Assembly: GCA_947642635.1 (NCBI GenBank)
Contig: CANRTI010000004.1
Coordinates: forward strand, 5,467-69,466
Direction: 5' to 3'
DNA: 64,000 bases
Source: an uncultured Mycoplasma sp.
Lineage (GTDB): Bacteria; Bacillota_I; Bacilli_A; RF39; UBA660
The notes under the pieces were generated by a model. The model did not search any database. It worked only from the letters and a program-made list of their open reading frames with translations, and was not told the DNA's origin. Of this stretch, positions 9,951 through 19,676 are shown one piece after another. The first letter of the stretch is position 1; the number at the start of each line of letters is the position of its first letter. The translations under genes and the position numbers were made by a program.

Positions 9951-10116
9951 TTTTAACTAAAAGAAAAAGGAACAGCGGAATCGTTCCTTTTTTAATTTAT
10001 AGTGTGAGTTTTAGGTTTGTTTTATTTTTTCAAATTATTATCTAATTTATCACTCCTCCTAACAATATTAATGATACTATTTATTTATGTAATTTTAGTG
10101 AAGAAATGAAGAAGAT

Positions 10117-11502
10117 TTATAGATTAATGCGAAAATAGAATGTTGAACCTTTATTTTCTTCTGAATGAACACCATATTCAAAATTATGTTTATCTAAAAT
10201 TTCTTTAACAATAGATAGACCTAAACCAGTACTAACAATATTTCGTTCATGGTTTTTATCATTTTTATAATATTTTTCCCATATTTTAGGAATGTCTTCG
10301 CTTTTAATACCCTTTCCTGTATCTATTACTTCAACTAGATAACAACTATCTTCTTTTGTAACTTTAATCCGAACAACTTTATCTGGACCAGTATAATTTA
10401 TAGCATTATTTAATAAATTATATATAACTTGATTTATCTTATTCTTATCAGCTCTTATAAGGGCCTTTTTAGGAAGCTCTAATTTAAATTTGTACTTTTC
10501 TTGAAGTTTCATTACAGAATATCTTTTAATAATCGTTTTAATTTCTTTTACTAAATCATATTCTTCATAATTATACATATAAACATTATTTTGAACTTTG
10601 GATAATTCTAAAATATCGTTAACTAACACTGTTAATCGGTCAGTTTCTTCCATAATAATATTTAAGTGTTCCGTCATCTTTTCAGAATCTTGATAAGAAA
10701 TATCTCGTATCATTTCGGCATAAGCTCGAATCATTGTTAGTGGGGTTTTTAAATCATGAGAAACATTTGCCATTAAATCGCGTTTAACTTTATCATTGAT
10801 ACTTAGTTCTTTTTGAACTTCTTCTAATGTTTTTGATAATTCTTCAATTTCTGTTACACCATTTTTAGGAAAATGAATATTATATTTTCCTTCTCCTAGT
10901 TTTTTAGTTTTTTTAGTGATTTCTCGGATTGGCTTTGTAATATTGTTGGCTAAGAAAAATGATATTAGTATTGAACATAACATGATTAAGAGAATAAAAT
11001 AAATAATTTGGCCTTTAAATAATTCGATGTAATTAGATACATTATTTAAACTACTATAAATAAAAATATGTTTATTATCACTTTTAAAAGCATATAAAAT
11101 GCCTTTAATATTTGTTTTAGGATCAGTTACTTTATAATACTCACTATTTGATCCTCTTATTAAAAAATCTTTAATATAAGTGTTAACTAAAGGATTATTC
11201 TTATTTAAAATACAACCATTTTGTAAAGTGTTAAAGTTAAAAGCAGTAAAATTCTCATCAACTACACTAATACAAACTTCATTGTTATATGCTAATTTTT
11301 CGGCTAATACATAACTATCTTCTTTAGATGTGTTAAAAACTTCAATTACATCATTTAATTTATTGATTTGATAATTACGATATAAATAATTAAAAATAAA
11401 CATTTCACAAAAATAAATAATAAGAATAATACTTAAATTAAATAATAAAATGAATTTTAAAGTTCGAAATTCAATTCCTTTTAATTTACTCTTTATATTC
11501 AA
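10117..11502 (-). CDS. sensor histidine kinase
   Basis: Two TM segments with an extracellular domain. H-box (HDLKTPL) and HATPase_c motifs (NLLNNAINYT, GLGLSIV). Confidence 0.8.
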   Translation of the reverse strand: MNIKSKLKGIEFRTLKFILLFNLSIILIIYFCEMFIFNYLYRNYQINKLNDVIEVFNTSKEDSYVLAEKLAYNNEVCISVVDENFTAFNFNTLQNGCILNKNNPLVNTYIKDFLIRGSNSEYYKVTDPKTNIKGILYAFKSDNKHIFIYSSLNNVSNYIELFKGQIIYFILLIMLCSILISFFLANNITKPIREITKKTKKLGEGKYNIHFPKNGVTEIEELSKTLEEVQKELSINDKVKRDLMANVSHDLKTPLTMIRAYAEMIRDISYQDSEKMTEHLNIIMEETDRLTVLVNDILELSKVQNNVYMYNYEEYDLVKEIKTIIKRYSVMKLQEKYKFKLELPKKALIRADKNKINQVIYNLLNNAINYTGPDKVVRIKVTKEDSCYLVEVIDTGKGIKSEDIPKIWEKYYKNDKNHERNIVSTGLGLSIVKEILDKHNFEYGVHSEENKGSTFYFRINL

Positions 11503-12145
11503 TTTTATAACCCATTCCTCTAACAGTTTTAATTAAATTTCGATAACTTCCTAATTCACTTCTTAATGTTTTTATATGAGTATCAACTGTACGATCATCA
11601 CCATAAAAATCATAACCCCATATATTAGATAAAAGATTTTCTCTAGATAATGCGATATTTTTGTTTTCAATTAAATATTTAAGTAAATCGTATTCTTTGG
11701 GTGTTAATGTTATTTTTTGTTCATCGATATATACTTCATGGGCTAAGTTATCAATTTTAATTCCTGCTAGTGTTAAATATTCTTCTTTACTATTACGTTT
11801 CTTTATAGCTTTTACCCGTGCAACTAATTCTTTGGGACTAAAAGGTTTTGTAACATAATCATCTATACCTAAATCAAAACCAATTAATTTGTCATATTCT
11901 TCACTTCTTGCTGATAACATAATAAAAGGAATATCTTTTATCTTTTTAATTTCTTTACAAGCTGTATACCCATCCATTTTAGGCATCATAATATCCATAA
12001 TTATTAAATCAATATTTTTATTAGTGGCTATATTTATAGCTTCTATACCATTTTCTGCTTCATAAACTTTATAATTTTCTAATTTTAAATATTCTTTAAT
12101 AACATCTCTGATTAATTTTTCGTCATCGACTACTAAAATGTTCAC
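11486..12145 (-). CDS. OmpR-family response regulator
   Basis: Receiver domain (DD...D...K) plus a winged-helix C-terminus. Overlaps the kinase gene. Confidence 0.85.
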   Translation of the reverse strand: MNILVVDDEKLIRDVIKEYLKLENYKVYEAENGIEAINIATNKNIDLIIMDIMMPKMDGYTACKEIKKIKDIPFIMLSARSEEYDKLIGFDLGIDDYVTKPFSPKELVARVKAIKKRNSKEEYLTLAGIKIDNLAHEVYIDEQKITLTPKEYDLLKYLIENKNIALSRENLLSNIWGYDFYGDDRTVDTHIKTLRSELGSYRNLIKTVRGMGYKIEYKE

Positions 12146-12191
12146 TTCAAATCACCTCACTTCATAGTATAGCATAATTGTGAAATATGCA

Positions 12192-12217
12192 TGAAAAAAA
12201 TACAGTTTTCGCTGTAT
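12192..12217 (-). terminator. rho-independent terminator downstream of ltaS
   Basis: ATACAG/CTGTAT stem with a 6-nt loop, followed by a T7 run on the minus strand. Confidence 0.5.
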
Positions 12218-14227
12218 TTATTCATTTTTCTTGCGTTCATTAAATAAATCATACATTATTATGGAATTTCCAACTTCTAAAGCTTTTTCAGTATACTCTA
12301 AGTTGGTCGCAATGTAATCATTATCTAAAATTGCTCCTTCTTTTAAAATTTTATACTCACCAGTTGAATTGTTATAATAAACATTTTCTGTTAAAAAATT
12401 ACCTGTTGGAAAAATAATTATATTATCATCAGTTATATTAAATATATCTTTTCCAAGAGTATACTTATTATCAATATTTAACATATTAAATAGAGTTGGG
12501 GCTGCATCATACATTCCCATCATTTTGTCTACTTTACCATGTAATTTTTTAGATATTTCTTTGTTCTTGGTCCAAAAAATTAGTGGTGTTTTCTTATGTA
12601 AATTATGATCATAACTATCGTACTCTTGATATGACGGATCGGTATTTAATTTTAAATCGCCAGTTAAATAGTCATAATTATATAAGTAATTCATGTCTTT
12701 ATAACTTATTTTGGCATCATGATCACCATAGAAAATAAAAATGGTATTGTCAAATTGAGAACTTTCTTTAATATATTTTAAGAAATCTCCAAGTGCTTCA
12801 TCAGCATAATGGCTACTTATAATGTATCTTCCAATATCTCTTTCGCATAAATAACATGAAGATAATTGTTCTTCGGTAACCTCATCAGTATAATAATCTG
12901 TTAAATCTAATGTGAATGAATCATGATGTTTAAACGGCGAGTGATTTGATAAAGTAATTATGGTTCCAAAATAGTTTTCATATGTGTTTTCTATGGTAGC
13001 TAATTTGCTTATAGCTTGTTCAAAAAATAATTTATCATTAATACCTAAACCAATTTTATCAGCATCAGTGAAAGTAAATTCTTCGCGATAATACATGTCA
13101 GTATAACCAAGACGGGGATGAACATGACTACGGTTCCACATTGATGCATAATTTCCATGCATACTAAATGTATAATAACCACGTTCTTTTAAATAAGATG
13201 CCATTGTTTTAAAAGTATTATCAGCATAACTTACGAAAACTGTGCCACTTGCAGATGGCAATAATCCCGTTAACATAATGTATTCTGCATCTGATGAAGT
13301 TCCCGTTGATATTTGGGGATAAAAGTTACTAAAAAACATTCCTTCCTTAGCTAAATTATTTAAATTAGGAGTTACTTCTGTGCCATTAAATGATAAATCC
13401 ATTAGAAAATTTTGCATGCTTTCCATGTGAACATAAACAATGTTATATCCTTCTAAAATTCCTGTGTATTTATTTTCTTGATTATTTTTTAAATTTTCAG
13501 GGTTATTAAAGTAATCATCAAATAATTTCAAAGCATCTTCATAACCAAATAAACTACTAATTTTAGGTTTAATTGTTTGTAAAACATCATTGGCTTGATA
13601 TAATAAAATACCAAATCGTTCCACAATATATGATCGATTCCATTGTTTATTTAGCCGGCTATAATCAGATTTAGTTGCTGTTGCAAAAGAATAACCTAAA
13701 AATATAAATCCACATAAAAAGGTTGCAAGCATCATTGTTTTTTTCTTTTCAATTTTCCCCAGTAAATTGTAATAATGGGATAATTTTAAATTATGATGAA
13801 TATAATAAAATATGATTGGTTGAAGAACATAGATGAAATCAACTAGTCTTAATTGGTTAAATATGGAATCGGTAACTGTCTCAGCTTGAGATAATGTTGA
13901 TAATTCTCCTAAAGAAGCAAAAGATGTATAAAAAATGTAATAAACAGAATTAATTACTTCAATGATTGTAAAAATAATAAGTAGTATAAAAAAATATTTA
14001 AATTGATTTTTTGGTTTAAATAAATAGCCGATTGATCCAATTAGGAGAATTAATCCAATATCTGTTGCTAAAGGTTTAAATGAAAATGTACCACCAATAG
14101 TGATATTACGTAAAATTATAGCCCCACTTATTGCAATTAATAAATAAGTAATAAATAATCTATTGGTGTAAAAATATTTAGTGACAATAGTTTTAAATTT
14201 TTTTAAATATTTTCCAATCACTTTCAT
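12218..14227 (-). CDS. ltaS: lipoteichoic acid synthase family protein (LtaS-like sulfatase)
   Basis: Five N-terminal TM segments plus an extracellular sulfatase domain. Likely start is MKVIGK at 14227 (RBS aagaagg); the ORF track extends 21 codons upstream. Confidence 0.8.
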   Translation of the reverse strand: MKVIGKYLKKFKTIVTKYFYTNRLFITYLLIAISGAIILRNITIGGTFSFKPLATDIGLILLIGSIGYLFKPKNQFKYFFILLIIFTIIEVINSVYYIFYTSFASLGELSTLSQAETVTDSIFNQLRLVDFIYVLQPIIFYYIHHNLKLSHYYNLLGKIEKKKTMMLATFLCGFIFLGYSFATATKSDYSRLNKQWNRSYIVERFGILLYQANDVLQTIKPKISSLFGYEDALKLFDDYFNNPENLKNNQENKYTGILEGYNIVYVHMESMQNFLMDLSFNGTEVTPNLNNLAKEGMFFSNFYPQISTGTSSDAEYIMLTGLLPSASGTVFVSYADNTFKTMASYLKERGYYTFSMHGNYASMWNRSHVHPRLGYTDMYYREEFTFTDADKIGLGINDKLFFEQAISKLATIENTYENYFGTIITLSNHSPFKHHDSFTLDLTDYYTDEVTEEQLSSCYLCERDIGRYIISSHYADEALGDFLKYIKESSQFDNTIFIFYGDHDAKISYKDMNYLYNYDYLTGDLKLNTDPSYQEYDSYDHNLHKKTPLIFWTKNKEISKKLHGKVDKMMGMYDAAPTLFNMLNIDNKYTLGKDIFNITDDNIIIFPTGNFLTENVYYNNSTGEYKILKEGAILDNDYIATNLEYTEKALEVGNSIIMYDLFNERKKNE

Positions 14228-14331
14228 TAACGTACCTTCTTTATTAATTATTATAACAAGTTTCAGAATTATTGGCAAATTTTGTTGCAAAAAATATAAA
14301 AATTTGATATTATTTATTCATGTGATTTTAT

Positions 14332-14406
14332 GCAGGTGTAGTATAATGGTTAATATATAACCTTGCCAAGGTTGAGATGGGAGTTCGATTCTCCTCACTT
14401 GCTCCA
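14332..14406 (+). tRNA. tRNA-Gly (anticodon GCC)
   Basis: Acceptor stem gcaggtg/cacttgc with a G-U pair. Anticodon loop ttGCCaa. T-arm gggagTTCGATTctcc. CCA is encoded. Confidence 0.75.
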
Positions 14407-14495
14407 TTTGAAAACAACTTACGGACTGTAAAATGTTCGTGAGTTTTTATTTTATATAAAAGGCTTTAGTTCTCTTTCTAGGAAGGAGGACTTTT

Positions 14496-14783
14496 TTGAT
14501 GTTGGAATTTAAAATTATTGAAGAATTAAAACCAAATACTGAAATCTTGGAGATGATTAAAGACTGCACATACAAAGTTAAGAAAGGAGCAATAAAACAT
14601 ATTCTGCATACTAATTTACAAGTTATAGAGCCTACTGAATACTTAATTACATATCCTGCTACTCTTACACTTTTAGAATATAAAGTTAATGAAATATCTA
14701 ATAAGCCATTTTATATTAAAGAACATAATCAAAAATATAATCTCAAAGAAATTATCCAAATTTTAAAGAAAATTAAAATTTAG
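14496..14783 (+). CDS. hypothetical protein (mobile-element associated)
   Basis: ORF between the tRNA and the recombinase. Confidence 0.35.
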   Translation: MMLEFKIIEELKPNTEILEMIKDCTYKVKKGAIKHILHTNLQVIEPTEYLITYPATLTLLEYKVNEISNKPFYIKEHNQKYNLKEIIQILKKIKI

Positions 14784-14901
14784 ACTTCACTTTTTCCGTT
14801 TTAGTGAGGAAACATATGGGAGGACATTTTTACAAATTTTTAAGTTTATTGTTTGCTATTTTGTCTTTCAGTGAGGAAACAAGTGAGGAGATGATTATTT
14901 T

Positions 14902-16221
14902 ATGAGATGTGCAGTATATGTAAGAGTTAGTACAGACGACCAAAGAGATAATGGTTATTCTATTGATTCACAACTTCGTATGATTAAAGAATATTGTGAG
15001 AAAAACGATTATAGTATTGTTGATGTTTATAATGATGCAGGTCATTCTGGAAAAGATTTAATGCGACCAGAAATGCAAAGATTACTTGCAGATATTAAAT
15101 CTAAAAAGATTGATAAGTTAATTGCTATTAAAGTAGATAGACTTACAAGAAACAACTATGATGGATTTTGGCTTTTAAATTACTGTGAGGAACACGATGT
15201 TAAAATAGAACTTATTTTAGAGCCTTATGATGTATCTACTGCTAATGGTGAAATGATATTCGGTATGAATTTAGTATTTGGTCAAAGAGAAAGAAAAGAA
15301 ATTGGAGCAAGAACAAAAAGGGCAATGGAAGAAATGGCTTTAGAGCATATTCACCCTAGTAAAGCACCTTACGGGTATGTAAGAAATAAAGATACAGGAC
15401 ATTTAGAAATAGAGCCTATTGAAGCCCAAGTCGTTAAAGAAATATTTAAACTTTGCCAAGAGGGAAACTCTACTAGAAGCATTGCTACGATTATGGAAGA
15501 CGACAATGCTTATTTAAAAAATGGGAAGTGGAGAGCCGATAGAGTTTATAAAATACTAACTAATTCTATCTATATTGGTATATTTGAATACGGAAAATAT
15601 AAGAGAAAACAACAAGATATCTTAAGAGTAAAAGACTATTGTGAGCCAATTATAGATGAAACAACTTGGAATGCTACTAGAAATGTATCAGTGAAAAATA
15701 AACATTCAAACTATGGAGAGTTTATTCATTTATTTTCAGGATTAGTAAAATGTCCAATATGCGGTAGTATTATGGCTTCATCTGAATCTTTTAAATATCC
15801 AAATGGAAAACAAAAAGTTTATTACCATTTAAGATGTAAAAACCATAATTGTAGTGGATATGGACTTCATTACAATACCGAGAAAATAGAAGTTAAATTA
15901 AGAAGAGTATTAGAAGAATTAACTATCTTTATGATGGGAACAAATAATGAAATTATCACTTGTAATTCTACAAAAAGTAATGATGTAAAAGAAATAGAAA
16001 AAGCCATTGAAAAATTAAAGTTACAGGAAAAAAGACTAGTTGATTTATATTTAAGTTCGACCCTAGATGTTGAAACAATTAACCATAAAAATGATGTTAT
16101 AAAAAAAGAGATTGATAAACTAAACAAAAAGAAAACTACTCTTGATCCAAATAACGAATCAAAAGAATATACAACAGAACTACTAAAAAAATTAGACTGT
16201 AAAAAGGAAAATGACAAGTAA
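14902..16221 (+). CDS. large serine recombinase (resolvase/invertase N-domain + recombinase + zinc-ribbon + coiled coil), TnpX-like
   Basis: N-terminal AVYVRVSTDDQ with the catalytic Ser. C-terminal CPICG...C..H..C zinc ribbon and coiled coil. Placed adjacent to a tRNA gene. Confidence 0.85.
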   Translation: MRCAVYVRVSTDDQRDNGYSIDSQLRMIKEYCEKNDYSIVDVYNDAGHSGKDLMRPEMQRLLADIKSKKIDKLIAIKVDRLTRNNYDGFWLLNYCEEHDVKIELILEPYDVSTANGEMIFGMNLVFGQRERKEIGARTKRAMEEMALEHIHPSKAPYGYVRNKDTGHLEIEPIEAQVVKEIFKLCQEGNSTRSIATIMEDDNAYLKNGKWRADRVYKILTNSIYIGIFEYGKYKRKQQDILRVKDYCEPIIDETTWNATRNVSVKNKHSNYGEFIHLFSGLVKCPICGSIMASSESFKYPNGKQKVYYHLRCKNHNCSGYGLHYNTEKIEVKLRRVLEELTIFMMGTNNEIITCNSTKSNDVKEIEKAIEKLKLQEKRLVDLYLSSTLDVETINHKNDVIKKEIDKLNKKKTTLDPNNESKEYTTELLKKLDCKKENDK

Positions 16222-16393
16222 TGAATATTCGAGTGAATTTGTAGATGATTTTTTTGCTAAAGCCCATAGTCATTTTTATGTAGATGGTATAATTGGCAGT
16301 CCTTATTTTGAGGGAAATGTTTCTAAAGATTTTCTATTATTAGTACCCAAAAAAGAAGTAGTCAAAGCAACCTAAATGTGAAAGGAGTTAGCA

Positions 16394-16636
16394 ATGAAAC
16401 AATTAACAAAAGAAAATATTTTAAAGAATCAAGTAGATACCATAGAACAATTTAAAGTTCTTGATTATCTAAAAAAGCAATTATCTATTCTTGAATTTAA
16501 TTTATATTTAATAGATAGATTTACTATTAAAGTTGTAGATAAAAACAAAAAACAAGGTTATTTTAAATACAATTCTAAAACAAAATCAGTGGATTTTTGC
16601 GAGAGAAATATTAAAAACAAAGAAATGGAGAGATAA
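16394..16636 (+). CDS. hypothetical small protein
   Basis: ORF only. Confidence 0.3.
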   Translation: MKQLTKENILKNQVDTIEQFKVLDYLKKQLSILEFNLYLIDRFTIKVVDKNKKQGYFKYNSKTKSVDFCERNIKNKEMER

Positions 16637-16639
16637 AAA

Positions 16640-16993
16640 ATGGAATTAAATTATATAAAAGTTGGTGATTATTTATTACCAAACTTAACAATAGAAAAAC
16701 AAAATAATGAAAAGATTAACAAGTATGGCTATTTAAGATTACACTATCTGAAAGAAAATAATAAGCCACTTTATACAACTCTTTTAATGAAAAATGAACT
16801 AACAAATCATCTTGTTTCAGTTAGTATTGAAGCAGAAAATAGATTAAATATTTTAATGGAACAATGCAAAAATTCTGATAAATTACTATCTGAAAAAAAT
16901 AAAATGGATAACCAACTTCAATGGGTAAAACTAATGAATAATTATAAAAATATAGCAGAAGAAGTTATCTTAAAGGAACTAATTTATGTATGA
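16640..16993 (+). CDS. TnpV-like transposon protein
   Basis: YIKVGDYLLPNLT N-terminus and QWVKLMNN...AEEVILKELIY C-terminus. From memory this resembles TnpV of Tn4451-type serine-recombinase elements. Confidence 0.45.
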   Translation: MELNYIKVGDYLLPNLTIEKQNNEKINKYGYLRLHYLKENNKPLYTTLLMKNELTNHLVSVSIEAENRLNILMEQCKNSDKLLSEKNKMDNQLQWVKLMNNYKNIAEEVILKELIYV

Positions 16994-17007
16994 AAATAGG
17001 ACTGCAA

Positions 17008-17035
17008 ACCCAGCAGTCCTTTAAAATTACCGTAA
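17008..17035 (+). terminator. terminator hairpin after TnpV-like gene
   Basis: AGGACTGC/GCAGTCCT stem with a 7-nt loop, followed by TTtaaaatt. Confidence 0.4.
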
Positions 17036-17134
17036 GTACAAGTTTGTGCTTTTGTCCTAGCCAGCACTGAAAACCTACTCCCGCACGTTTTCAATTTATG
17101 GGAAATCCCATACCCTTGTTAATACTGAAAAAAA

Positions 17135-18238
17135 TTATTTTCTCAAATCTATAATGTCACAGTTTCTTTCTCCAGTCCCAATTATTGTTACAGGTATATT
17201 AGTTATTCTTTCTATTTTTTTAATAAAATCTTTTACTTTCGTTGGTAAATCATCATAATTGCTACATCTATATGCTTTCCAATCTATGTATTGAGCAAAA
17301 TTTAAAACAATTTGAGTTGGCTGATTTATCATTACATTATATTTTAATCTATCCCAATTCATTTCGAAAACACGTCTTACTTTTTTTGTTACAGTTGTAT
17401 ATTCTTCTAAATCAATATTACATCCACATCTATCTTTTATCTCATTCCAGGTGATTTCAGCGCTACCTGCATAATCGCCACTATAAATGGCTTCTCCAAT
17501 GTTAGTTTTATTACTTATTCTAATAGGATATGGTCTTATTATCATATAAATATCTTTTACTTTAAAAGGATTTAATCCAGCATCTGCAATAAGTTGACTT
17601 GCACTACACATTCTACTTGTAACAAAAGGATAATCTAGACCATAGTTTATATCCAAGTCTTGGCCCTGAGCACCTTCAATTAAAATATTATCATCACACT
17701 CATTTATAATTTTTGCAGTATCAGTTATTTCAATAATAGTTATTAAATCATCTGGAAGATTTTTAAAATAATCTTTTGCTAAAATAATGCTAGGATTTCT
17801 AATAATTTTTTCAGCTTGAGCTACTCCACATCCCTTAAATGTTGAACCACTCTTTATTATTTTTTTTTCTTCTTCGCGATGTTTATCTAAAATGATCATT
17901 GCCCTTGGATGAATATAAATTTTTCTATTTCCAATAAGTTTCTTATATTTTCTGATTTCATCAAATAATATTTCTGGAGTAATAACACACCCAGCATTTA
18001 GTACTAATTTGCAATTTGGAGCTAATATTGCCATAGGCAAATGACTAACTATAATTTTCTCTCCATTATCTTCTACATAAGTATGACCAGCATTACTTGA
18101 ACAACTGTTTGTAGATAATAAAAAGTGTTCTTTTTTAACTAAGTAACCACAAATTTTTCCTTTCCCACAACTTCCTGCTTGACCATCTATTACTACTGTT
18201 ACATTTTTATTATTCAAGAAAAAGCCTCCTTTATTCAT
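17135..18238 (-). CDS. adenylosuccinate synthetase-like protein (truncated, PurA/PurZ-like; P-loop GSCGKGK)
   Basis: Alignment to PurA: GSCGKGKI vs [22 protein letters not shown] vs [34 protein letters not shown] vs [29 protein letters not shown] vs TTGRRRR. It is 367 aa against ~430 for PurA. Confidence 0.75.
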   Translation of the reverse strand: [367 protein letters not shown]

Positions 18239-18665
18239 AAAATTTTTTTATATTTTCCAAATCTAATATTTCTTTAACAAACTGGTTTAAATTTGATAAT
18301 CCTGCTATCTCTTTATTATATATATCCATAACAAAATCAATAGTTTTCCACTCATAATAACCCTCCTCGTTATCAACAACTTCTACTTCTTGAACAAAGT
18401 CATATATAACATGTAAATGTGTATTACTATTCATAATATTTGATTCTGGATAAACATATGTTACCAGAAGTTTAGGATTTTCTAAACTAATACTCGTTTC
18501 TTCCATACATTCTCTTTTAGCAGCTTCAATAGGAGTTTCATTTCCTTCAATTTTCCCACCAATTCCATTCCAACAATTTTTATAAGGTTTTTTATTTCTT
18601 TTCACTAATAACAATTTGTCCTTATCTTTGTTAAACAATATAATTACTACATAATTTTTATTCAT
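18231..18665 (-). CDS. NUDIX hydrolase
   Basis: Nudix box GGKIEGNETPIEAAKRECMEETS. Overlaps the PurA-like gene. Confidence 0.75.
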   Translation of the reverse strand: MNKNYVVIILFNKDKDKLLLVKRNKKPYKNCWNGIGGKIEGNETPIEAAKRECMEETSISLENPKLLVTYVYPESNIMNSNTHLHVIYDFVQEVEVVDNEEGYYEWKTIDFVMDIYNKEIAGLSNLNQFVKEILDLENIKKFYE

Positions 18666-18857
18666 ATGAAACCTCCAAAATAATCATCAATCTTATGATA
18701 ATTTTACTACAAATAGATTTTTTTTGCTATACTCCCATTGAAATTTAATCGTAATTCATATATAATATTTGTAGAAAGAGAACAAAGTTCGTAACTTGTA
18801 TGCGACTCGCTCCATTGACGAATCTGTTCGAACTTATCGGACATTAATATAAAGAAA

Positions 18858-19676
18858 TCAATCGAAAGATTGGTTTTTTTGAGTGTGTAAAAATTTTAAT
18901 TTTCTATTATCAAACATTGACTTCCCATATTTTCTATATACTTCATCAGCAGTACATGAAATTGCATCTTTCATTGAATAGCCCAATTTATTCAGTATAT
19001 TTTCTAGGTCAGATTCAGATTTACCTTCTACTTCAACATATGTTGGTATTCCTAGCCATGTATCTATATCTAATTCATATTCATCTAAAATATATGTAAT
19101 TCTTTCCTTTTCTTGGTAACTTTTGTAAATATACCCTAATGCTTCAAGCAAATTATTTGCCTCTTTAATATTAGGAACTTCAATTTCAGTTTCCAACATT
19201 TGTTGAAGATTAGTTTCATTATCAGCTAAAATATGCTTAACTGCAAAAGTAGTTTTATCATTTGTTTGTCTAACTCTTATCCATTTTTTTGAATTATTAT
19301 GAAATTTATTTATAAAATCTATCAATTTGTTATTATCTAAATAATCGAGCAAATTATCTTTTAAACATAAGCAAGATACATTAACATCACCAACAATTTC
19401 ATTTAGTTCTTTTTTATTTTCTTCTGTTAATAAATTATCTAATTCAAAAAACAATAATTTTAATTTTTCAAGTGCTGTTTCATATTTGATTTCACTTTCA
19501 TTATCTTTTAATTGGGTTTTAATATCAACAAATCTACCATATATAGTAGGTAAATCATAGGTATATAAAAATTGTTTAGTTTTCTTTTTTAATGTTGCAC
19601 CTAATGATTTAATTTTAGTTATAAATTCATCTTTATTAATATCTAGTATTTTAACTTCTAATTCAATTTTTTTCAT
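18858..19676 (-). CDS. CYTH-domain (triphosphate tunnel metalloenzyme / class IV adenylate cyclase-like) protein
   Basis: N-terminal IELEVKI (ExExK) motif. Additional WIRVRQ, ETEIEV and YVEVEG motifs are consistent with a CYTH tunnel. Confidence 0.5.
   Translation of the reverse strand: MKKIELEVKILDINKDEFITKIKSLGATLKKKTKQFLYTYDLPTIYGRFVDIKTQLKDNESEIKYETALEKLKLLFFELDNLLTEENKKELNEIVGDVNVSCLCLKDNLLDYLDNNKLIDFINKFHNNSKKWIRVRQTNDKTTFAVKHILADNETNLQQMLETEIEVPNIKEANNLLEALGYIYKSYQEKERITYILDEYELDIDTWLGIPTYVEVEGKSESDLENILNKLGYSMKDAISCTADEVYRKYGKSMFDNRKLKFLHTQKNQSFD

Noticed and set aside
17036-17134. GC-richer ~100-bp segment between TnpV-like and PurA-like genes as a possible ncRNA or att site
   Set aside because: It can be explained as convergent terminators (TATGGGA/TCCCATA hairpin for the minus-strand operon). 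No further structure or repeat partner was found in the window.
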